In this document: piece after piece, positions 1 to 9,971 of the stretch
Position numbering within the stretch: position 1 is the stretch's first letter
Layout: the number at the start of each line of letters is the position of its first letter
Position numbers and translations under genes: made by a program
Source of the DNA: Massalongia carnosa
Taxonomy: Eukaryota
Assembly: GCA_965645245.1 (NCBI GenBank)
Contig: OZ287073.1
Span: 310,001 to 374,000, forward strand
DNA: 64,000 bases
Direction: 5' to 3'
Notes under the pieces: generated by a model
What the model saw: the letters and a program-made list of their open reading frames with translations, nothing else
Database searches by the model: none
What the model was told of the DNA's origin: nothing

Positions 1-2800
1 CTTCGACAAATGGAGCAGTTCACTGCGTATCTTTTGCAGTGATCCTTCATGTCGAACCAGAAGTAGTTTTCCATCAGTGACTGATACAGGCTTTTATATC
101 CCGGGTGTCCTTGCAGAGGAGGTTCGTGATGTTTCTGCAACAGGCATAATTGAAGGGGTTCATGATCTGGAACATACAGCCTTTCTTTGACATATAGTCT
201 TTCATCTTTCACTTTGAGATCTCCCATGGCTAATTTGATCCCTTTCTTTATAAGATGCGATGGAAGCTTGCGAAGTTCTCGTGTTTTGGCAGCGATTATG
301 TCTTGAACTACTTCATCTTTTTCATAAGCTTCTTCAATTAGTTCTTCTAGAGGTTTCGCTGATGGATCTTCTTTCGAATCGTCGCCTAGTTCTTTCACCG
401 GATTTTCATTTAAAATCTGACTCTGAGCCTCTTCATCGTCCTCGATGTCCTGAGGTTCCTCAGCTTCTTCGTCAGTGTCATTTGTTCTTGTATTTGCACA
501 GAAGATCACTGATAAAGCCTTCTTTACGACATCGTCCAGTTGATGCTCCTGTAGCAATGTCTAGATTTGATGTTGTTGTTGTCGAGAGTCGTCAAACCCT
601 TTTGGAAGATCTTGAGAACGTCGAGTAAGTGTGTCTGGCTTTTCGCCTTGTCTGCCCGGTCGATACATGATTTTGAAATTGAACTCCGAAAGGAATTCAG
701 CCCATCGGGCCTGTCTGCGGTTCAGTTGCTTTGTCGTCATAAAGTGTTCCAGGTTTTTATGATCAGTATAAACTTTGATTGGCTGGTCAGGCGCAGCACT
801 TGCTGCCTCGGGCCGCCAGACCTCGAAGCTCTTTATGATAGCGAGGAGTTCCTTATCATATATCATGTAATTACATTCGGCCGGTGTCATCTTCTTGGAG
901 AAATATGCTACAGGTCTGAGCACTCCGTCATGCATCTGAGATAAGACTCCGGCAGTGACGAAATCCGAAGAGTCTGTTTCTATCCATGTCTCTAGAGAAG
1001 GATCGTAGTGCGCTAACACTGGTGCAGTAGTGAAGGCCTCTTTCAAATCTTCGAAAGTTTTTTTACAATCTTCGGTCCAGATGAACACGTTATATCGGGT
1101 TCTCTTCTTGCCCGACTTGGTCGTTATTTGTTCCCCTTTTGTTGATTCCGTCAGAGACCTTGTACGCTGAGAAAACTTTGATATGAATCGTCGATAGAAA
1201 ACTGCAAAGCCTAGAAAAGCTTGCACGTCCTTCACGGACTCCGGAGTTTCCCATTTCAAAATCGCTTCAATCTTCTCGGAATCCATTTGTATTCCTTCAG
1301 TGGTGACTATAAGTCCGAGGTATTTTACTTTAGTCACCGAGAATTCACATTTGTCAATGTCAACTTGGAGTCCTCGTTCCCCCAAGCGTTTAAGAACCTT
1401 CAAGACGTGATCTGAATGTTCTTCCTCATTATCACTGTAGATCAAGACGTCATCCAGATAAGCAGTACAAAAGACGTCTAAATATTCCCGAACAGAATTA
1501 TTTATATAACTCTGAAAAGTCCCTGGAGCATTGCATAAACCGAAAGGCATGACCAGATATTCGAACTGGCCATATCTTGTGTTAAAAGCGGTAAGCCATT
1601 CATGTCCTTCTTTTACTCGAAGACGATTGAATGCCGTAATAACGTCTAGTTTCGTGAAGCGTTTTGCCTGCGAGAGTTTTCCGGGCGTCTCGTTAATTAG
1701 GGGAATAGGATATCGATTCTTTACTGTGATGGCATTCAAGGCTCGATAGTCCACACAAAATCTCAGTCCACCACCAGGTTTTCGAACTAGAAAGACTGGA
1801 GCAGCTGCTGCCGACGAACTAGGACGAATGAATCCCTTACCCATATGTTCGTCAATATACTTCTTGACAGCTTCCAACTCCTGTTCTGACATAGGCTTAT
1901 AGTTCCTGACATAAGGGGGTTCTTTTCCGTCCATGAGGTTAATCTCGTGATCCTCCTTACGATGTTCCGGTAGTTCGTCTGCTTTATGCTTCATAAAGAC
2001 TTCTATCATGCTATGATACTCTGAGGGGATTTTCTTCAACAATTCTTCGCGGGAGTACTCGGGTTTGCCTTTCATAAACTTGTCGTAATCCTTTGAGGTG
2101 ACGGCCCCAGTGGTTGTGGCACAGAAGGTCTTATGTTCTCGGGGAGTCCATAAGTATCCCTCGTGATCTTTCTTCCTAACCATCCGAAAGAAATATTTCG
2201 CATTGACCGGAAGGACTTCGATATCGTCTTTTGTTCCGATCCTATTCTTTGCCCTACTTCCAACAGCAAATTCGGTGCAGGTTATTCCACGCGAAAGGCA
2301 TCCCATTTCCAAGCAATCGGCAGAGTTAAACTTCATAATTCGCTCTTTCCAGTCAATGCTGGGGTTGTGAGTTTGTAGCCACCCATCTCCTAGAATAATC
2401 GCGTACACGTCCAGTTTTGCTACATAGCAAAGGACTTGTTCTTGATCTTCCCGATTTTGACGTCGACTAGGGCGGTCCTCGTGAGAAGTTGGGCAACCTC
2501 TCCGTTTCCAAGGGTCAGTTTAACCCCCGTTTCTAATTTAGAGGTGTTCAGTTTATTTACACGCGCGAAGGATTCATCAATGAGCTCAGCCTCACTTCCA
2601 TTATCAACAAGTAGACGAGTCTTAATTCCAGCTATGCTAGTTTTAAATACTAGATGCTTGCCCTCGATCTTCTTTTCAGTATCGAGAACAGCACAACTAG
2701 AGACCCTTACTGTCTTCATTTCAGCGCTACCAATTTCACAAATGATATCTTTCTTAAGACGTCCTTGATCGCGATTTTGATCAAGGACTAAGCTTTTCCC
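1..2800 (-). pseudogene. Gypsy pol (PR-RT-RH-IN), with a frameshift near 2450 and an in-frame TAG at 561
   Basis: ORFs 2420-2719 and 561-2408 are in different frames, and integrase sequence continues past the stop. Confidence 0.9.
2761..2800 (-). promoter_or_regulatory. -1 ribosomal frameshift signal at the gag/pol junction
   Basis: Minus strand reads G GGA AAA in the gag frame, a 5-nt spacer, then a perfect 10-bp stem GTCCTTGATC/GATCAAGGAC. The -1 frame is open into the protease. Confidence 0.8.
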
Positions 2801-4390
2801 GACTCGGAGTCAGAGTCTATCTCAACAATTCTTGTAGTGTTAAGCTTATTTTCTTTAAATTGAGGGCAGATCGAGTCGTTTCCTCGATGACCTGACCCCC
2901 GACATGCCCAACAGCGTCCCTGACGCGACAATGTATCTCGCTCTTCCTTCTCCAACTTTTTCGGGTTGGGGTCAGGATCGTACCAAACCCCTATCCAACC
3001 AGCGGGTTTGACTATCGTGGCGCTGAACTTGGAGGTTGGATGATCACCCGACTTCTTCTCTTTTGCACTCGATTGACGAGAATCGGAAATGGAGGTTTGT
3101 CCACTCGAGGACTTGCCTTCGCGACCAGAGTTCTTTGACGGACTAGACTTCTCTGGCTGAGGAAAGTAGTGAGCGACATCCTTGCATCGATCTTCGATTC
3201 TCCTAGCTTCGTCGAGCAAGGGACGAAATGCGGTGAAAACTGAACCCATCAGTGAATTAGAGATGTTTGGCTTCAATGTTACAAGAAACTTCTCTATCCT
3301 CTCGTCGATGGGGGTTTTGGCCTTTTGCCAAAGCTTAAAAATTCGATGATAGTACTCGCTTACACTTTCACCAATTTTCATTGTGATGGTGATGAGTTCT
3401 TTCTTGGCATCTCGACTCTGGAGATGTATGCCCATATAATGTTCGATCTCGTCGAACAGAGCGTCAATGGTGAGAGAGTCGCCCATGTCGACGACCCAGA
3501 AGTGCATAGCCCCAAAGATAGGCGCTTCCATCTGCGATAGAGCATAACTGACCTTTTCGCCCTCGTTGGCGTAAAGCGGAGAATCGGTCTTAAGCTTGTT
3601 TCGGACTGAGTATTACCAAGGACTATATTCCTCAGCGTCTCCGCCTTTCAGAGGCTTGCTGGGATGAATGCCACGTGGACGCTAGTTCTGGGGATTTATA
3701 ATGGTGCTCTGGGTTGTAGCAGTGTCCTCCCGTTGGCCACGAGAGGGGTCGGGAGCTGCTAGTCGTCGCTCAAGTTTCTCCTTCTCTTTTTGTAAGTCTT
3801 GTTGGGCCCGGAGGGCTTCTTCCAACTCAATTTCTTTATGCGAAAGCTCTTCCTGAGCAAGAAGGATTTGGCGTTCGTCTTCATCCTTTTCGTCAGCGAA
3901 ACGGTCATTAATCTGCTTATATTGTTCTAAATGCTTCTTGGTCTTGATAAGCTTCTCATGAAGCGCGAAGCTTTTTTCGTACAGTGTTTTGTCATAGGGA
4001 ATTGCTCTGGACAAAACTCATACCAACGAGGACCTTCGTTCTTGTCTAGGACGGCATTTCGGAAGTCTTCTAGGTTGCGAATTTGTATCGTGCGGGATGT
4101 TTCCGAGTTTCTCGTTCGTAGTATGGATGTTCCGAGATGTCAATCTCGCGAGCCCCTTCCTTCTCATTTCCTGACCCAGCCTTCGGGGTCTTTTCTAGTG
4201 TGCATTCTGTCTCGTCTCCCATCTGCTCACCGGGTGTAAGCTCGGAGTCTTCGAACGTCCCTGGCATACTATCAGAGCGAGCCGAATGACGGGACATGGA
4301 ACGGGCGCGAGTGTTAAAGGCAGGGCCTGCTTGAGTGTCTTCGCGAGGAGCGCCGGCCTTTCGAGCAGTCAGGGGAGTTTTCGAACTCAT
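2788..4390 (-). pseudogene. Gypsy gag, broken by stops and a frameshift
   Basis: ORF pieces 4070-4390, 3682-4014 and 2788-3531. Capsid-like MKIGESVSEYYHRI and zinc knuckle CWACRGSGHRGNDSIC. Confidence 0.85.
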
Positions 4391-4574
4391 GACTGTGTTC
4401 TGGAGGTGAAAGAGCTCTGTCTTTCGATTCTGGAAGTTTCAAAGGTTCTGGAGTGAGGACCAGCTCGGATTCTCACGAGTGGTCGTTCTGGAAAGCTAAA
4501 GGAGCAGGTCGTTGTCCCTTTCTAAATGTACTGAAAGTTCTAGAAGACTGGAAGAGTTCTAATAAGCATTAAAG

Positions 4575-4585
4575 GTAGTTAAATT
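4575..4585 (-). other. Self-priming primer-binding site
   Basis: GTAGTTAAATT (4575-4585), 1 nt inside the LTR boundary, is the exact reverse complement of AATTTAACTAC (4631-4641) within the LTR. Confidence 0.75.
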
Positions 4586-4586
4586 A

Positions 4587-4792
4587 TGTCAGGCAGCTTG
4601 CCCTGATATTATTCAGTAGATATTAACTAGAATTTAACTACAAGGAAGGAAAGAAAAGAATAATTATCGCTGAACTCCTAAACATAATCTACCGTGGTGC
4701 GCTAGCCAGTCAAGCGACGCGCGCTACTGCTTAGGGGAGTCACGCTGTCCCGTGACCACCAGAGCATGTCGGGTCAGGCCAGGACCCTGACA
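4587..4792 (-). repeat. 5' LTR of the Gypsy element (206 bp)
   Basis: Termini TGTCAGG...CCTGACA form a perfect 7-bp inverted repeat, upstream of gag. The partner LTR is not in the window. Confidence 0.85.
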
Positions 4793-5033
4793 GATACTTC
4801 GATAAAGCCTTTATTGAATTATTGTCTTCTTTCTTTCTCGCCTCCGACAACTCACGAATGCCTTCCCAAAAGCAATATGAGTCATTACGCCGCATGACTG
4901 CCTACCAAATCGCCCTGACAACTATGTACACTCTCCTCCTCGGCCGCCCAAATGCTGATGAATTTTTCGCAGCCTCTGTCGTACTAGCTGCGGAAAAGCC
5001 AACTTGGTTTTTTCAATTGCGAGAAAATGAGCT

Positions 5034-6591
5034 TCACATGACGTGGTCGAGGAAATTATCATCGTCTAGGTCAGAGAGTATCTCCACGCCCATCAATTCC
5101 AGCTCTTCTCTCGCAGGTCTATGCTTGTCATATGGTGGTGGCCGTGGATTATACCCTGCTGGTCTTTGCTGTGCAAGTGCGTCTTGCCGAAGCTCTTCAA
5201 TGTAGCTACTTTCTTCGTCTATATCATTAATCTTCTCAGTTTCAGGATGCCACGTAGATAGAGCGCATTTTCTTTTGTGATCATAGGGATATCGTTCTAA
5301 TTGTTCGACTTTGTCATCGTCTTCCAGAGTTGGCAATGTATAATCAAATGAGGATTTAGCACTCGTTTCTCCGCGAATTCGTTGACGTTCCGAGACGTAC
5401 TCGGCATCTTCATTGATCAAATCTGCGGCCACCCTGGATCGTTTGGTAGGACTGTTGCTGCGGGAAGCCGCTGCTTGTCTCCCAAGCACGACCGCGTTCG
5501 TGATCTCCTCAACAACTCGTTCGCCTGTGTCCGCTTTCAACCGAGAAACTAGTCGGCTCCTTGATCTACTGAGGAAGCCTAACAGGAAAGGAAATATAGA
5601 CCAGGCGAACCTCGTAAACAGGAACTCCAAACTGCATTGGGTAATGCTGAGACGAGTATTATGATATAGTTGTCCAATATCCGAACTTGATTCTAGCATG
5701 TGTAGCACAAAGCCGTCGGAGTCTTTAGGGAAGAAGACAAATCTGCGCTGATCGAAAGACTTATGCATATCGGATCTCAACAAGACCACATTACCGGGAT
5801 CTCTTAGAAGGTTGCCTGGATCCAGCGTCAAGAAAGAATTCCATTCGCTCATGGAATTTGACAGAAACCATTGTCTTTCGTGTTCTGGGATCAAGTGTGC
5901 AACTTCCGTAACACTCTCAAATGCCGTAATACGACATGTGACATCGCGTTGGCGTATCGCTGCCGTCAAATTGGACTGTGAGATAGTATTCAAACCTGCG
6001 TCTTGAATACGCCTGCACCGCGTCCAGGTCTCTGGCAGATCTATCGGAAAAGTCCAGTCTTGAAAGGTGGGCACGACCGGCCATCGATAAGGCGATCGAG
6101 ATTCATTGTTGAAAGGCACCGACGAGTCTGGCACGAGGAGTTTTATGATGTCAGTTGTTGTGTTTCAGTTGCTTCTCACCTCTCATGATTAAACGTTTCA
6201 ATGCGCAATACGTACCTAAGGGATAAGGAATATAAAAGTAATAGTCTGCGATCGCAGCAGGCAAAACGTCGTCCCAGGCAGCCAAGATGCGCTCGCCATG
6301 CTCGCCGTCGCAGGTTCTGCTCAAGTAACCATTGGTACAATTGCCTGCGAATATAGAACAGGCGCCGTGTGCTAAGCCATGGTGTATTCCACCTTCGTCA
6401 TGATCCCAAGCATATAACGTGAACAGGATGTTATCATCGGGGGCGTAAGCAGGATGACGAAAGTTGATTCGATATTTGCGATGGTGAACGGGTGCCTGGA
6501 GAAATTCGTATTGCCTAGGGATTGGACTTGGAAATAAAGACGCAGGTTCTCTTACATATACATGTCCGAGAGTTTGAACCGGAGCTGACAT
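5034..6591 (-). CDS. HNH-endonuclease-domain protein (fungal HNH_2 type); exons 6591-6216 and 6127-5034
   Basis: RDVTCRIT...AHLIP...NVVLLRSDMHKSFD motif. An 88-bp intron 6215-6128 (GTACGT..CTGAC..CAG) joins the two ORFs in frame. Confidence 0.8.
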
Positions 6592-6976
6592 GATTCAAGA
6601 TGATATTCATTCGAATTAGAGGTGTCGGCTTCAAGAACAATGTTAGCTCGGAAACAAAGCGGAGAAAGGAGAATCTCCTCCGCGAGTCCCGTTGCCGACC
6701 AGACGATTAGAGCTTCATGCAAAAGTCATACGATGAGAAGAACAGATTCATTCGACAGTTATTTCCAAAAATCTTTCGTCACTTGAAATACCGTTCGCAA
6801 ACCTAAATTAATTACCGGACAATCTTTGATACATTTAATTTAACATTAATCTTATAATTTCTGTTAATTATATAAAAATTGATACCAAATTATCAGTTTA
6901 ACTGTAATATAACTCACTGAATAACGAGATTAGATAATTTTGAAATTATTAATTTTTGATTAATTTAAATGAAGTC

Positions 6977-7234
6977 TGTTGAATGTTCAACTTCTACCAG
7001 CACAACAGATTAGATTAGATCAGTTCCAGTCTAACCGTATCGGTTACTTAAGACCTTTAGCGGTGTCTTAAGCAACCTAGGCTCGGATAAACTATTATCA
7101 CTTCGCTTAGTAGAGGGTGACCACTTAAAAGGAGAAGACTGCTTCATAGCAACTCTTCATCTTATACATCAGGGTCATACACATTGTCATTTATTACATA
7201 GCCATATAGTCATAGTCATATACCTATTTCAACA
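6977..7234 (+). repeat. Copia A 5' LTR
   Basis: TGTTGAA...TTCAACA; matches 12799-13057 with about 6 differences. Confidence 0.95.
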
Positions 7235-7246
7235 GGTTATGAGTCC
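7235..7246 (+). other. Copia A PBS (initiator-Met half-tRNA type)
   Basis: GGTTATGAGTCC directly after the LTR; one mismatch to GGTTATGAGCCC. Confidence 0.75.
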
Positions 7247-7400
7247 GGAAGGACGCTATCGATCACACAGGAATCGAAGCAGACCTATCCGCTGCATTCA
7301 ATGCTAAAACAGCTAAGCATCGATCTCTCTCGTCAAAAGTTCTATGAACGAGACATACTAAATCTTCATGTGCACGAGAGACAGAGACGATTGCCCACAG

Positions 7401-7527
7401 TGCCCATAGGCAAACTACAAAGTCCTGCTGGCCTACGTGCCCATAGGCAAACTACAAAGTCCTGCTAGCCTACGTGCCCCATAGGCAAACTAAAAAGTCC
7501 TGCTGGCCTACGTGCCCCATAGGCAAA
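7401..7527 (+). repeat. 37-38-bp tandem repeat, about 3.4 copies, in the Copia A 5' UTR
   Basis: Unit TGCCCATAGGCAAACTACAAAGTCCTGCTGGCCTACG. Confidence 0.9.
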
Positions 7528-7624
7528 ATACTCAAAAGACCTATTGCCAGATTACATGCATCAGAGGCACTCTTCAAAGACCTTGAACACTCGACAGGCT
7601 TCTTGCCCGAAGGTTCTAAGACAA

Positions 7625-8335
7625 TCCAGATGATAAAGTTGACCCAGAGGCAGATTTCAGTCTGACCTTCGCTGCATCACCATCCAGATGATAACGTTGA
7701 CCCAGAAGCAGATTTCAGTCTGACTTTTGTTGTATCACCATCCACCTTACTTTGACCCAGAAGCAGATTTCAGTCTGACTTTTGCTGCATCACTATCCAC
7801 CTTACTTTGACCCAGAAGCAGATTTCAGTCTGACTTTTGCTGCATCACCATCCACCTTACTTTGACCCAGAAGCAGATTTCAGTCTGACCTTTGCTGCAT
7901 CATCAATCACCTTACTTTGACCCAAGAACAAATCACTTCTAAACTCTGGTTCTTGCTGCATCATCATTTGACTGACGTTGACCCAGAGGCAGATCTCAGT
8001 CTGACTTTTGTTGCATCACCACTCAACTTACTTTGACCCAAGAACAGATCACATCAAAACTCTGATTCTCGCTGCATCATCATTTGACTGACGTTGACCC
8101 AGAGGCAGATCTCAGTCTGACTTTTGTTGCATCACCACTCAACTTACTTGACCCAAGAACAGATCACTTCAAAACTCTGATTCTTGCTGCATCATCATTT
8201 GACTGACATTGACCCAGAGGCAGATCTCAGGCTGACTTTTGTTGCATCACCACTCAACTAACTTTGACCCAGAGGCAGACCATCTGAACTATCTTTTAAG
8301 GTCTGATTTCTGCTGTATCACCTATCTTGACCTAG
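7625..8335 (+). repeat. 54-61-bp tandem array (about 12 units) with a higher-order alternating A/B dimer, in the Copia A 5' UTR
   Basis: Units begin TTGACCCA at about 7639, 7697, 7752, 7807, 7862, 7917, 7978, 8033, 8094, 8148, 8209 and 8263. Confidence 0.9.
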
Positions 8336-9304
8336 AGACAGGCCTCGGAAATTTCAGTTCCAAGAAGTAATCAGACTTTCAATAAGCAGAACGCCTCAAA
8401 AGTCTCGGTATTGGTAGTTACAGACCTCGAAAAAACCTTATTCCATTTAAAAGGCCCGGCCTGTTAAATAGATCGGTATAGCCATGGTTCAGAACGCCCC
8501 TATCTTCATACCACCAAGTGAAAATTCCACCACTGAGTGAAAGTCTTTCATGAGGGTAAAAGCGTTGTGGCAAATAAGGAACAACACAGTTTGATGTCGC
8601 AGAGAGGGATCGTTTGTCTATATAATGACCACGTATCCCCATCTTCTCCATTCATTCCAGTGTACATCCTACTTCCGTGTTTACCTCAGAAACCTAGATA
8701 TTTATCAAAAAATCACAGAAGTTTACTTAGACACCTCTTTTCATCATGTCTCTCCTAGATGGCAGCAGTTCCACAGAGAAGTCCTATCTTCTAGAGAAGG
8801 CAGAGCACTATTCGGCATGGGGCTAGCTACACCAGAGGAGTTCTGCTGAAGAACAACTGGGATACAGCCATATTGGAGACCCAACCAGATATTACACTTG
8901 ATTCCATCCGACAGAGCCTCATCGACTAATGCTTCACTCAAGCCAGTCTTACTACCAGCATCCTTGTCAAAGAACTTCGGGATGACATGAACAGACAGAA
9001 GACTGCGATGACCAAGGCTATTGGAATCATACACGGACTGATTGCGCCATGCCATTTCAACCTCATCAACAACAAAATTGCTGCCGAGATGTGGGCAACC
9101 CTGAAGACTAGATTCCAGGACGTAGCACCAATGAGCATCACGGATGTCATCTTGAGGGTCAGTGCAAAAAGGATGAGAGATTTTGAAACCGTAGGTCAAT
9201 ACTGTGCAGAGTATGACGGTGCTTTCAATCAGATCAAGGGCATGTTGGTCGACGGAGCCAAGGTGAACATAGCCTCCATAGAGTTTGTGCTACAGGGCAT
9301 GCTA

Positions 9305-9423
9305 TGTTAAATAAACAGTTGACGGCATAATGTTGAAATTACTACGGAGGTGACTGCTTATAGCAGTCATGGCAGCCTGCAGGGCTGAGCTAGAACTAAT
9401 GGGGCTAAGCGAGTATTCCAACA
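9305..9423. mobile_element. 119-bp mini solo LTR inserted in Copia A gag
   Basis: TGTT...AACA termini flanked by an exact TGCTA duplication (9300-9304 and 9424-9428). Confidence 0.85.
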
Positions 9424-9452
9424 TGCTACTTGGTAACACTACAGACAAGTAT

Positions 9453-9971
9453 TGTTGAACAAAAAATCAACCAGGCATACGGCAGCGGGATGCAGGAGAA
9501 GAGGGTCTAGGGCTATCAAGGATAGGCAAAGAGAAGTGCTTGGCAAACGTGATGCAGGTACTCCGTATTTCCAGTGAAGATACTCCAAATTTAGCTATCT
9601 GCTGAACTGAATTCTGAACGACTGAATAGCTAAATTACATGAGGAATCATCGTCTCTTTATACTGCTTGAGGGCCTCCATCTCGGCCTATATCAAATGCA
9701 TGAACCTGCTTCCTTTGAACCTTTTCAGCTGGGCAAAATACACCTCGTTGCTGACCGGAGACACCGAGACACTCAGTGATCATGAACAGCTGAATTGCCT
9801 CCGAAATGTAGCATTCTTGCTGCATACTTTTGCCTCCTCGTAGTTGCCGAAGTCGTGCCGAAATCTGAAGCTTTTCGCATATAGCATATGATTGCCTAAT
9901 CTGGAAATTAGTAAGCAGGAGGCAAAAGAACCTCGGTCGCAAATATTCAGGTATCTCGGCAAATTCCAATA
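9453..9971. mobile_element. 519-bp solo LTR inserted in Copia A gag
   Basis: TGTTGAA...TTCCAATA (terminal CA apparently mutated to TA), flanked by an exact AGTAT duplication (9448-9452 and 9972-9976). Removing both inserts restores QGMLLGNTTDKYDPLIAQLRRDW. Confidence 0.88.

Larger units (their letters stand above)
1..4792 (-). mobile_element. Ty3/Gypsy LTR retrotransposon (Tf1/sushi-like, decayed); 3' end lies outside the window
   Basis: Order is 5' LTR, gag, protease (LLVDNGSE), RT (LRFCVDYRALN, YLDD), RNase H (ETDSSD, DKELLAI, TDHKNL), then the integrase HHCC start (HHEPPLQGHPG...CSIC) at the left window edge. Confidence 0.95.

Noticed and set aside
7401..8335. CRISPR-like array near an HNH nuclease
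   Set aside because: There are no unique spacers; the units are contiguous tandem repeats inside a Copia UTR in a eukaryote, and no cas genes are present.
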